A DNA stretch of 64,000 nt, taken from positions 1 through 64,000 of the IMG/VR virus record IMGVR_UViG_3300017722_003538; one strand, given 5' to 3'. The DNA is from a virus (Duplodnaviria; Caudoviricetes). Position numbers and translations under genes: made by a program. The notes beneath the pieces are model-generated. The model searched no databases and had not been told where the DNA came from. It worked only from the letters and a program-made list of their open reading frames with translations. Numbering within the stretch: position 1 is the first letter of the stretch; every line of letters begins with the position of its first letter. Below are positions 29,915 to 40,442 of the stretch, in pieces.

Positions 29915-31864
29915 ATGGCAACACCATTAATAAGAATACCCCAAGAACAGGGAGGTACATTGTATGCATTTTCAAGTGCTGCTCGAGATTTGACAAGGGC
30001 TTATTATAATCCTGACATAAATTTTGAGTACTCTAAGTTTGCTTTAATAGATATTCCAGTAGTATCGGCTCCTTCGCCAGGTAGTGGAGACAATTTCATT
30101 CAGTTTGACAATTTATACGAAGGTGGTATTGTTCCACCTGGAGGTCAGGCTCCATCATATACTCCTGATGGAAATGCAAATGTTGATTTTGCCCAGACCC
30201 TACAGAACTATGCGCTTAATTTTGAAAATTTTATCCTAACAGATGATGACTTCGACAATGCTTTATATTCTACTGACGCTGAAAAAATATTGTTTAAATG
30301 GTTACACCATTTAGGTGCATTTGATGTTAAAGCCGCAAATTCACAACAAGTTGTTAGTGGATATTCTAGAGCTATTGAAAATGAAGATACTACCGATACT
30401 GGTAATAATTATTCTAGAGTTGTAAAATACGTTGGAAATATCGATGTTTCGAATGACAAAAATTATCAAGGAAACACTTACAATGAAATATTTGTAAACG
30501 TTCCATCTTCAGTAGGTTATACTCCTGAAATATTATTTAAGTCAACTCCCTATAATACAACTGCAACGACATACCAGCCAGATACTGAAATAAACGGAAG
30601 AAGCGGACAAACACATCCGGATGCCTTTTTAACTTTAGATTCTCTTGCAGATGCTGACAATGGTAAAATTAATATGGACCCTGTCGACCTATACAACTAT
30701 GGTATTGAATGGAATACTTCAGTATATGCCAAAATTGCAAATGACCCCCAGTTAAATAACTTTTTAGAGTATTCTAAAAGAGGAGGAGACTTTAGGTTTA
30801 ATGCAATCTTAGTGTACTATGACTTGTATTCAAAATCGAACATTGCTAATAAGTCTACTAATCTATATGGTATATTAATACTAGACAATTTTAAGGATGA
30901 CTCTCCAATTACTGGATGGTACATTCCTGAACTTGCCAAATATAAACCAAATGACGTTACAGGTTTAAATGGAAATGCTTTTGCACTTAAATTAAATGTA
31001 AAATTTAACTCATCTTTAGATAATGTAGGCGTTGAACTAAATATTAACGACTACTCTACGTTTTCGATGGATATTTTCTTGGACACAACAACTGCCCTTG
31101 AAAATGCTGCTAAACTCTTAGTTGACGCTGGAAATTCATACGCTGCAATTGCGCAAAGATTAGGTGAATTAGAAAATTTAATGGCGTATAGTACCTCAAC
31201 CGATTTTTCTCAAAGAATATCTACTTTAGAAACTGCTATTGAAAACGCTTCTTTAAATTATGCGTCTTCAACTTCAATACTAGACATGATTACCTCGGTA
31301 AACAAGAGGTTAAATCAAGTAATTAGTGGAGTTATTCCTACAGAAATTCAGTATAACACTAACGTGCTTGGGGCTGGAGATGGAATAAAAATCGACAAGT
31401 CAAATCCTAGCATGATTAAAATAGTCAACGACAATAATGGATATACATTAAATTCTGTTTTTGATTATGATTTTATAGCGGGAACTGCTGGTTCTTTAAT
31501 TGCTCTAAGTAATCCATTTAATTTGAATCTTACCGCTTCAAATGGTTTAATTACAAGAATACGACCATTTGATAATTTAATAAGAATCAATACGAATCAG
31601 GGTACAATGACCGGAGACTTGAATATATACCTAGATGACAGTATTAATTCTTGGAAAAACGGACAAACTGTTAAGTTTTCTTTTAAAAATTCGATTCCAA
31701 ATCTAAACAATACTTACAAAATAAATATATACACAGATAAAAATAACGGATATGTTTTAAAGGCTTTTATAGATAGCAGTAATATCTTAAGTCAAAAACC
31801 TTACTTTGAATTAATATGTGTCGACGAAATAAACAAGACATTTGAACTTGAAATAATAAGATAA
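29915..31864 (+). CDS. virion structural protein
   Basis: 649 aa, tightly packed in the structural operon. Confidence 0.55.
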   Translation: MATPLIRIPQEQGGTLYAFSSAARDLTRAYYNPDINFEYSKFALIDIPVVSAPSPGSGDNFIQFDNLYEGGIVPPGGQAPSYTPDGNANVDFAQTLQNYALNFENFILTDDDFDNALYSTDAEKILFKWLHHLGAFDVKAANSQQVVSGYSRAIENEDTTDTGNNYSRVVKYVGNIDVSNDKNYQGNTYNEIFVNVPSSVGYTPEILFKSTPYNTTATTYQPDTEINGRSGQTHPDAFLTLDSLADADNGKINMDPVDLYNYGIEWNTSVYAKIANDPQLNNFLEYSKRGGDFRFNAILVYYDLYSKSNIANKSTNLYGILILDNFKDDSPITGWYIPELAKYKPNDVTGLNGNAFALKLNVKFNSSLDNVGVELNINDYSTFSMDIFLDTTTALENAAKLLVDAGNSYAAIAQRLGELENLMAYSTSTDFSQRISTLETAIENASLNYASSTSILDMITSVNKRLNQVISGVIPTEIQYNTNVLGAGDGIKIDKSNPSMIKIVNDNNGYTLNSVFDYDFIAGTAGSLIALSNPFNLNLTASNGLITRIRPFDNLIRINTNQGTMTGDLNIYLDDSINSWKNGQTVKFSFKNSIPNLNNTYKINIYTDKNNGYVLKAFIDSSNILSQKPYFELICVDEINKTFELEIIR

Positions 31865-31865
31865 T

Positions 31866-34800
31866 ATGAGCGCTAGCAATTCAATATCACAATTACTTGA
31901 ACAGTTTCTTGAGTTAAATACTAACTCGCTAGAAACATTTGTAAGAATTAATGAAGCTATCACTACCGACAAGGAAACTGTTAGTATTGACCTTTTTAAT
32001 AGTAAAACAAACAAGATGGAAACTATTCAAATACCTGCCTTTGGGTACTTGAAGAGAGAAATCGATCGTTTGAATAGTAATGTGAGCTCAATTAGTGGAC
32101 TTGAAGGTTCGAATGCAAACGTAAGATTAAAAGACGGTACTTTTAGAACTATTCATACTTCAAGATTAAAAGGACCATCTCCTTCTATCACGTCACTTGC
32201 ATCTCCTACCCAGTTTTCAACCAAGTTAAATGACTTTTTTGAAAACTTTTTAAATCCATTACTTACAATCAATTTAGATGTAAGTAACCAAATCCCTGTA
32301 GAAACAGAAAAGGTATATGTTGAAAGATATATTTTTAATGAAAATGACCTAGCTTCAATTACAGCATTTGATGAACTTTACAGAGGAGGTAGTGAAATTG
32401 TTTATTCAGATTTTAAAAATCAGTTAACAGTTAATAACTTTGTCTACTATTTAGATTCTCAAGTTATTGATATGCCAATTAGAACAATTCAGTACACCGG
32501 ATTTTTTGATGTGGTTCGAATTGATAATGCTCAAAAGACAGTTGTTATTGATGGAACAACTCAAACAAAAACTGTTAAATTATTTACGCTTAATAAGTTG
32601 ACTTTTACCGATTCAACTAAAGCCCTAAAAGAAACTGAAACATTAAAAACTGGAGATTCTCTTATTGTTAACTCTGGTAATTATAGAACAAGATACAGAA
32701 TTCTTTCTATTGATGCTTCTACTTCACAAGTAGAGTTGCTATTACTTGAAGGTTCTGAGTCTATTAAGATTGGAATCGATTCACTTGGAATTTATAAAGA
32801 TGTTGATACTGATTTGAATATAGAAATCAATGTTGCATTTAATGAAAGACAGGTTATCTTTGTTAAACCAATCGACCCTGTTTCAAAAATACCTGCTGAG
32901 AATTTTTCACCAGGAGTTGGATTCTATTCTAATAGTTTAGAAATGAACGACGTGTCTGGTAATAGAATGACGCTAGCAGAATATTACAAAAATGAGGTTG
33001 CAGATTTTGGACAATTCCTTAAATCACTAAAGGTAGATTACATTCCACCTGCGGCATCTGGAATTAAGCCAACACCACCTGTTATTAATGTTGAAAACTT
33101 TAAAGTTGTTCAAATTAATAAGCACTTAACTGACAATACAACAACCGATAAAATTAAACAATTAAAGGCTGATAAATCATCGACAGAGCAGTCATTAAAA
33201 CAGCTTGACGAATCGATTAAACAGAAAAAATCTTTAATTAATACAAAGAAATTTACTTCTCAGGCTGAGAGTGATACTAGTAAAAATGAATTAAATGCGC
33301 TTGTTTCTCAAAGAGATTCTGAATCAAAACTTTTTTCATCTGTAGTTAGCGAAATTAAATCTTCAGCGGAATCTGCAGATTTACAAACAGCCGCTCCAAA
33401 ATATAAAGTTAGAGGATTCTGGTCAGTTCCAGAGCCGAAAACAGTTGGAAACCAAGTATCACAAGAGGTTGTACAATTTAAAATTAGATACCGATACGTT
33501 TCTACTTCAGGAAAAACTTCAAATGTCGATCAATTAAAATTTATCGATGCAACAAACCAAACTGAAAAAACAGCTGCTTTTTCAAATTGGGTAGAAGTTC
33601 TTGGACCTGTTAGAAAGAGAGCAATGGATGCCAAAGGAAAGTATGGTTGGATTCTTGAAAGCGAAGAGGATGCTAATGCAGTAAACTTTAACTCTTTTGA
33701 TATATCAATTAACCCTGGAGAGGTTGTCGAATTTATGATTAAATCAATTTCAGAAGCTGGATTCCCTGCGAATCCTCTAGAATCTGATTGGTCAGAAATT
33801 CAAAGAATAGAATTTCCACAAGGTGAAATTAATACCGACAGTTTAGGAAATGTTATTAAAGCAAATGAACTTGACCTATTAAAAGTACAAATTCAACAGG
33901 ACTTAGAATCAGCAGGCGTATTTAAACACGTTGGAGAATCTTTTACAGTTGGAAGTCAAACATTTGCCCATAGTGCAAACACAATCGCTTCTGGATTTAT
34001 TACTGACAATCAAGCGCCGATCACCGTATATGAAAAGTTATTGGCTCTTCAAAACGAGGTCTTGAGCTTAAGAGCGGTTATTGAAAAAACATCTGGTGAG
34101 TTACTTGTAAGAATTATTGATGAAAATGGAAACGTTACACCAGTAACAAACAATTCAACTGTACAGTTGTTTGCGGGTTACTATACTCAAGAAATACCAG
34201 CAGTTAATGGAAAAGGTGCAATCGTTACTAAAAACTTTAAAGTTGAATTATCAAATACTAAAGCGACTGACCTCGAGTTAATATCCCGAATCGTAGGAGA
34301 CATTACTCAACCTGCACCCGTTTCTACAGTAAATAACAGGTTTGGTCTTGGAACTGGTACAATAGATTCTGTTTACAATAGCGATTATTATACTAAAGAA
34401 GCCCGATATGATTTGGTTCCGGTAGTTTATCAAAATGTTAGCAACGCTACCGCTCAAGACTATTTTAACAACGCGCCAGATCAGTCTTCTCAGCTAAAGG
34501 GACAATTTATATACTCTAGATTCAAAAATATTGCAAATGACGATAATCTATATGTAATCAATGAAGGTACTTTAAGTGATGGTAATATTAATAACATATC
34601 GGCTTCGGCGGATCTTGGTATAAATAGTGCTTATGATTTATATGAATATGGAATCTCATATAAGTTTGGTGCGCTTGGAGCACCAAATACACCATCTATA
34701 GTTCCACCAAGTGGGAATGGATTTAAGAATTTCTCAAACAATATTGGAATCCCGTTTGCTACAGCGGCAGCTAGTCCAAACAACTTTATTTGGTCTGGTG

Positions 34801-35618
34801 GTTTTGCAGCTGGAGTTCCTGCCAAAGTTGCAATCGGAGTTGGAACAATAACAAATACAGAATATTCAAATGGTATTTATTTACACGTAGACCATCCACT
34901 TTTGCAAACAATTAATGATACTGTTGTTATCGCCGGAATTCCTACTAATGTTCCAGGTACTGCTTTAAAATATATTGCAAGTAATGGATTGGTTGGAATA
35001 CCTAAAACTGCGACCTTAAGAGCGAACGATTTACATGGTAAAAAACAAACTCCACTCAGGTTAATAGATACTATAAGTACTAATACACCTACTCCAAATA
35101 CTCCAGGTATAAGAGGAACTGGTAAGGCAGGATTCTCTCCTGAAGACCAATATTTATTAGGAGGTCGATCATGTGGTTCTTTCCTTTATATTTCTCCACT
35201 AAATACTACTTCATTGGTCGTAGATGCTTCTAATAAGAGTGGTAAAAAATTAATTCCAGGAGGAAGTGCAAATGCGATATCGATTGACTTAGTGTTTCAA
35301 TATCGTATGACTGATTATTACGGACCTAAAGCTACCGGAACTGGTAGGATAGGAGGAATCTTAGATAATACTTTTACAAATTTAAGTTATGCTAAAAAGA
35401 TTGGTATTGATATAATCGATTTTGGAAGTAATGATTTTAAATTTGATGTTGAAGTAACTGCTAAATATGCTGCAGAAGGTAGAAATATTAACAATGTAAC
35501 TAGTACAATGTTAACAAATTACCAAAACAATTATCAACCAGGATTTAGAGGAAGACGTAGATTTTTATCTTCAAGTTTCTTAAATCTTTCTTTCCCAGAT
35601 ATTAATCAGTACTACTAG
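31866..35618 (+). CDS. large virion structural protein
   Basis: 1250 aa with a central coiled coil and FN3-like SDWSE segment. Confidence 0.55.
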   Translation: MSASNSISQLLEQFLELNTNSLETFVRINEAITTDKETVSIDLFNSKTNKMETIQIPAFGYLKREIDRLNSNVSSISGLEGSNANVRLKDGTFRTIHTSRLKGPSPSITSLASPTQFSTKLNDFFENFLNPLLTINLDVSNQIPVETEKVYVERYIFNENDLASITAFDELYRGGSEIVYSDFKNQLTVNNFVYYLDSQVIDMPIRTIQYTGFFDVVRIDNAQKTVVIDGTTQTKTVKLFTLNKLTFTDSTKALKETETLKTGDSLIVNSGNYRTRYRILSIDASTSQVELLLLEGSESIKIGIDSLGIYKDVDTDLNIEINVAFNERQVIFVKPIDPVSKIPAENFSPGVGFYSNSLEMNDVSGNRMTLAEYYKNEVADFGQFLKSLKVDYIPPAASGIKPTPPVINVENFKVVQINKHLTDNTTTDKIKQLKADKSSTEQSLKQLDESIKQKKSLINTKKFTSQAESDTSKNELNALVSQRDSESKLFSSVVSEIKSSAESADLQTAAPKYKVRGFWSVPEPKTVGNQVSQEVVQFKIRYRYVSTSGKTSNVDQLKFIDATNQTEKTAAFSNWVEVLGPVRKRAMDAKGKYGWILESEEDANAVNFNSFDISINPGEVVEFMIKSISEAGFPANPLESDWSEIQRIEFPQGEINTDSLGNVIKANELDLLKVQIQQDLESAGVFKHVGESFTVGSQTFAHSANTIASGFITDNQAPITVYEKLLALQNEVLSLRAVIEKTSGELLVRIIDENGNVTPVTNNSTVQLFAGYYTQEIPAVNGKGAIVTKNFKVELSNTKATDLELISRIVGDITQPAPVSTVNNRFGLGTGTIDSVYNSDYYTKEARYDLVPVVYQNVSNATAQDYFNNAPDQSSQLKGQFIYSRFKNIANDDNLYVINEGTLSDGNINNISASADLGINSAYDLYEYGISYKFGALGAPNTPSIVPPSGNGFKNFSNNIGIPFATAAASPNNFIWSGGFAAGVPAKVAIGVGTITNTEYSNGIYLHVDHPLLQTINDTVVIAGIPTNVPGTALKYIASNGLVGIPKTATLRANDLHGKKQTPLRLIDTISTNTPTPNTPGIRGTGKAGFSPEDQYLLGGRSCGSFLYISPLNTTSLVVDASNKSGKKLIPGGSANAISIDLVFQYRMTDYYGPKATGTGRIGGILDNTFTNLSYAKKIGIDIIDFGSNDFKFDVEVTAKYAAEGRNINNVTSTMLTNYQNNYQPGFRGRRRFLSSSFLNLSFPDINQYY

Positions 35619-35684
35619 GAACCCTACCTCTTATATTGTTCCATAATCTGGGATATATAATATAAATAAAAAGAGGTGTCCTAA

Positions 35685-38600
35685 ATGGCTATAATTAACG
35701 AAAGCGCTGTAAACAATTCAATAGATAATAAATCTTTTGCCTTATTAAGAACAAATCCAAAGTTAACAAGTAATATAAAGTTACTTGTTAACTCAAAGGG
35801 TGACCTGTTTTTAAGTTCTTTTAGGGCAAATAAAGAACTTTCTAAAATTGAGTATCAAAAATACGATGTTAAATCTTCAGGAATATATTCTATTGACATT
35901 GCAAATTTTTATAAACAACTTCCACTAACACAAAGATACGAAACTCTTAGAGCCTCTTCAGACGTTACCCTATTTTCTGATTATGAATTTCAATATGAGG
36001 ATCAGTATCAGTATGGAGCCATTCAAAACGTTACCAAATTATATGATGAGCAATATAAAATATTTGCTCCAATTTGGCTTGAAAAAAATGTACCAACTAA
36101 ATTCATAGTTTACAGAATTGAAGACGTTGATTTCAAGACCGACTATACTGAAGATACAGTTGGACAAAATTCTAGGATTTTAGAACTTCTTAAAAATGCA
36201 ACAATAATTAAGACGTTTGATTTAGGTAAATTTTCAAAAATTGGAGAGTACTTAAATACACATGTTAACGATAAAAGATTTCCAAACTCATTAATTACAG
36301 TAAATTTTAAAGAGGGTTCACAGTCAACTTTTAATGGTATTGACTGTGCTAATGGTGGATTTGTTACAAGAACAGAACAGTTAGACAAAGATTATATTCA
36401 AATTGATTATCCAGAAATTTTTAGCAACGAAACTATTACAAACGGATTTGAAAGAAATGGTATTGTCTCTGCTAATATAGTTAATTTAGAATTCTTATTT
36501 GATGATTATACGGCAGAGAACTATAAAATTTATAGATACTTTGGTATTTATGCAGATGATATTGATGAAGGAAACTTTGGATCTGTTGGACTTGATAATA
36601 GTGGAAATTTGAGTATTGAATATAATAGTTATAGAACCCTTTATGACCTATCACAATCTACAACACCACTAGTTGACATCAATATGTTTCCTGGAACTGA
36701 CCAATTTCAAATTCCAACACTACAATATCTTAAAGACAAATCTGGTAATTTTTGTAATGTTAAAAATACATCTACTAAATTAATTGACGCCGGAGACCCT
36801 TTATTAAATATACCGGAAATATGGTCTTACAAGTTTTTGATATCACCAAATAGTAATTCTGCCGAATCTTTTATTGGATTTGCAAAAAATGGTAAAAAAA
36901 TAACGGCAGATTTAAGAAACCCAAGTCCTAAAGGATTTCTTAAAGTTACCGTAAAGGATGTTCCAAGTGCTAATGATAGAATATTTATCGGAGACCGGAC
37001 AGAACTTCAAATTTCGCAATACAATCTAGGAGACTATTTAGTTATTGCAGACCCTTCTTTACCCGCTGCAAGGGCAGATGGTAATAGGTTTTCAAATCTG
37101 GGAAGTTTGCAACAAATAGCAATTGCTCTTGCATCTGCTATTAATAATGGAGAAATCATAACGTATAAAACAAAGGTTGTAGATACTTCGATAATTATCG
37201 AAGAGATTGTTAATGGAAATAAGAGAAGACAAACTGCTTTTGGAATATTTAACGCAAATTTAGTCGATTGGATCGAAGTTTCTAATGGTGAATTTAATGA
37301 CATTGGCTTAAATAGTGTTGATGGAAAAATTAACGTTAGTATTGTTGGAGCATGTTCTATATTAGGAGGTATTTGGAAAGAAACAGGAATGTATAATGGC
37401 AAAAAAGAATACTCTAAACTAACACAACCATCTAGAAAAATTTCATACGATGGAAATAAATGGGTCTTATGGGACGGTCCATTAACTCCTAAATATTTTG
37501 AAAATTTAACAGTTCCACTTGATACTAATCCCCCAACAACAGGCTGGGCTGGTGTTACATGTGTAGGAGCTTCGATGTCCCTATCTTTTATAGTTAATAA
37601 TTTTGTAAACAATTGGAACATTTGGACTACAATCGCTGGATCAGTCGAAGGCCAATCTATTCTTGTTAAATCTTCAGAAATTGGAAATGTACAGGTTGGA
37701 GAATATTTAAAACAAAAAGATTCTGACTACTTTGTTAGAATTATAGAAATTGACCAAGACCCGTTTGACACAGATTATTATAGAGTTATTTTAGATAGAC
37801 CTACAAAACTTTCAAATGACAAAGTATTTGAAGTTTACAATGAATATAAAACGGTTCACGGTAGATTTGCAGCTTATGACTTTAAAGATTTTGATTTTGA
37901 TTTTTACTCTACTAGAAATTCAAATTTAGGAGACCTTGTTTATGATAAAAAATTAGACAATACTGACGTAGATGCTCAATCGTTTTATTCAGGTCTTAGA
38001 GATATTTTATCCGGTGAAACTTCAAAGGCAGTTGTTAAAACTGAACTATTAAATGAATATGACCGTCTTAAAGAAAATAGTCTTAAAGAAACTTCTCTTT
38101 TAAGTAGAGTGGTTCCTACTATCTGTAAATATGAACTTAAAAATTCATCTAACGCTAGAAATTTACCTTATGTTTTAAATGTGAATGAGGCATTTGGAGA
38201 TGACAATTTATCGCCGAACATAGAATTAGATTCAACTAGAAATATTGAATTCTTAAACATGGAGCACTTTCATATAAATAAGATTCCAGTTAATGTATTA
38301 GGAGTAAGAAGAGACTTAAATAATTATTTAGATTTTGCAAATGATGGAGGGTTAACCGTTTACAAGTTAAAAAGAACTGATTTTAATTTCTTTGATAAAC
38401 ATTTTAATTGGACCGGATATTTTGACCCGTACACATTGTCTGGTGCAGTATCTGGAAAATGGCACGATAACTCTTTTAAAAGATTATGGTCTAAATTTGA
38501 TAGTGGTAATTTTGAAAAAAATTCATCAACTGTTTTCAGAGGTCTTCGATATGTGTTCCAAAAAAGAAAAGAACTTATTAATGAAATTCCAACCGAATTT

Positions 38601-40439
38601 TTAAAAGGAATAGACATTAGTGATTATAAGTTCGGTGCGTATCTTTCTTATAATACAAATGATAGTATTAAATCAAATTCAATAGTGTTTAACTGCATTA
38701 AAAATGACAAGTTTAAATTTATTTGTGTTAATGTTGAGTTAAATGTAGTTGAAAATGATATAGGAGAAGATGAATTGTCTAGATACCTTTTATACACATT
38801 GACTGATTTAACATTAGGTTTAAATGGTGATGGGACTCCTAACGTTATAGATACTATAATTCCATTTCGTATTGATTTTGTTGGAGCAGCTAATGCCGCA
38901 GATGCAGTCAATCCGGATGAACCTTTTACTATTAACGCTTCAACTTTAAATGCAGTAGGAACTGCTAAATTTACAGATTTTGTTAAAAGAGATTCTCTTG
39001 GAGAATATTCTTGGATACATTTTTCTCTTTCTGCAGTAACATATGCCGTAAAAGTCGTCGATGTTATTGATGACACTTCAATACTTGTGAGTGGATGGCC
39101 CTATGAGTATGATACGGTAAGCAATCTCCCTCTTGTGGGTAGATTATCCCCAGGTTCAATGGCATTAGTTGCTGAAACTGGACCTTTCTATTATGCACTG
39201 GGAGGTGCCAATGAATTTGCAAACTTATTGGATTCAATAAGTGCATATAGATATTCTAAAAGATTTAATTCATTTGGACAGGTAAATTACATTACAGTTG
39301 CTGAAGACGGAACAGAATCAAAGAATGACTATGTTCTTTCTATAGAATCAGGTGTTGATGTTGTTAAACCCTCTATTGTTCAGCCTGCTGCGGACCCAGA
39401 AAGACCAAAAGCATATAGATTATCTTCAAATCAAATCGGAAACGTTATAGAAGACAGAGAAGACGGTGGATATGCTACTATTTTGAGAAGAATGAATGGA
39501 GACTATAACCCAATTTTTAATAACATTGTAACATTTTCCGATATTAATTCAGATAAAAAATTATTGTTAAATTCGGCAGATCCTGCATTAGTAACATATA
39601 ATCAATTAAACGGTAGGGGAATCGCATTTGATTCTTTTAAAGAAAATACAAACAACTATGGTTTTATTAATAACTATTTTTATCATAAAGTTAATGAACA
39701 AGACTCGAAAAACATATTAAAACTTTCGCAGACAACTGATAAATTACCATTGTACCCTTTAATTGGTGAGATAGCAATCGATAAAAAGGACATTAATGTT
39801 TTTAAATCTAAGTATTCAAAGGACTATTTTACAAGAGCCCTAAGTGCTGGAGAATCTGAAACAACAAATGGAACCCTAAGTCCAGTAGAAAAGAAAACTT
39901 TTATGACATCAACAATCATGAAGGTCCGAGATACGTATGACATAACGAAGTTTGATAGTACTCAAGAGGCTTCAATTGAAGCACTTGATAAAATAAGATT
40001 TGCACAGTCTAATAAAACAGCGATACATTGGATCGATGAAGATTCTCAGATTATTGCAGATTTTTATTTACCAACGGCAATACTAAATGAATTAGTTGAA
40101 GATGGAATTGAACAAAAATTTAGAACATACGTTAATCCTTCTACATCTTATGGAGACAAATCATCCTTAAAAGATGACCTTCAAATATATTCAAAAGCAA
40201 ATATATCTCCTCGTTTTATTATTGACGCTATTAAAATCTACGGAATTGAAGGCAAAGGGTTAGAAACTGGTTTTGTATCAGTTACCGAAACTTCTCAATT
40301 AACCGCTGATAATTATAGAGAGGTAACTAATTTTAACATTCAAAGTTATCAAAATGATGGTTTGAGTTTTAGACTAATATATAATAAACAGGGTAAATAC
40401 TCATACAACTTTAAAGTACACGTTAAAATACAAGCATAA
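35685..40439 (+). CDS. large virion structural protein
   Basis: 1584 aa; GATATATA at 35652 and TATAAATA at 35661 upstream. Confidence 0.55.
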   Translation: MAIINESAVNNSIDNKSFALLRTNPKLTSNIKLLVNSKGDLFLSSFRANKELSKIEYQKYDVKSSGIYSIDIANFYKQLPLTQRYETLRASSDVTLFSDYEFQYEDQYQYGAIQNVTKLYDEQYKIFAPIWLEKNVPTKFIVYRIEDVDFKTDYTEDTVGQNSRILELLKNATIIKTFDLGKFSKIGEYLNTHVNDKRFPNSLITVNFKEGSQSTFNGIDCANGGFVTRTEQLDKDYIQIDYPEIFSNETITNGFERNGIVSANIVNLEFLFDDYTAENYKIYRYFGIYADDIDEGNFGSVGLDNSGNLSIEYNSYRTLYDLSQSTTPLVDINMFPGTDQFQIPTLQYLKDKSGNFCNVKNTSTKLIDAGDPLLNIPEIWSYKFLISPNSNSAESFIGFAKNGKKITADLRNPSPKGFLKVTVKDVPSANDRIFIGDRTELQISQYNLGDYLVIADPSLPAARADGNRFSNLGSLQQIAIALASAINNGEIITYKTKVVDTSIIIEEIVNGNKRRQTAFGIFNANLVDWIEVSNGEFNDIGLNSVDGKINVSIVGACSILGGIWKETGMYNGKKEYSKLTQPSRKISYDGNKWVLWDGPLTPKYFENLTVPLDTNPPTTGWAGVTCVGASMSLSFIVNNFVNNWNIWTTIAGSVEGQSILVKSSEIGNVQVGEYLKQKDSDYFVRIIEIDQDPFDTDYYRVILDRPTKLSNDKVFEVYNEYKTVHGRFAAYDFKDFDFDFYSTRNSNLGDLVYDKKLDNTDVDAQSFYSGLRDILSGETSKAVVKTELLNEYDRLKENSLKETSLLSRVVPTICKYELKNSSNARNLPYVLNVNEAFGDDNLSPNIELDSTRNIEFLNMEHFHINKIPVNVLGVRRDLNNYLDFANDGGLTVYKLKRTDFNFFDKHFNWTGYFDPYTLSGAVSGKWHDNSFKRLWSKFDSGNFEKNSSTVFRGLRYVFQKRKELINEIPTEFLKGIDISDYKFGAYLSYNTNDSIKSNSIVFNCIKNDKFKFICVNVELNVVENDIGEDELSRYLLYTLTDLTLGLNGDGTPNVIDTIIPFRIDFVGAANAADAVNPDEPFTINASTLNAVGTAKFTDFVKRDSLGEYSWIHFSLSAVTYAVKVVDVIDDTSILVSGWPYEYDTVSNLPLVGRLSPGSMALVAETGPFYYALGGANEFANLLDSISAYRYSKRFNSFGQVNYITVAEDGTESKNDYVLSIESGVDVVKPSIVQPAADPERPKAYRLSSNQIGNVIEDREDGGYATILRRMNGDYNPIFNNIVTFSDINSDKKLLLNSADPALVTYNQLNGRGIAFDSFKENTNNYGFINNYFYHKVNEQDSKNILKLSQTTDKLPLYPLIGEIAIDKKDINVFKSKYSKDYFTRALSAGESETTNGTLSPVEKKTFMTSTIMKVRDTYDITKFDSTQEASIEALDKIRFAQSNKTAIHWIDEDSQIIADFYLPTAILNELVEDGIEQKFRTYVNPSTSYGDKSSLKDDLQIYSKANISPRFIIDAIKIYGIEGKGLETGFVSVTETSQLTADNYREVTNFNIQSYQNDGLSFRLIYNKQGKYSYNFKVHVKIQA

Positions 40440-40442
40440 TTA

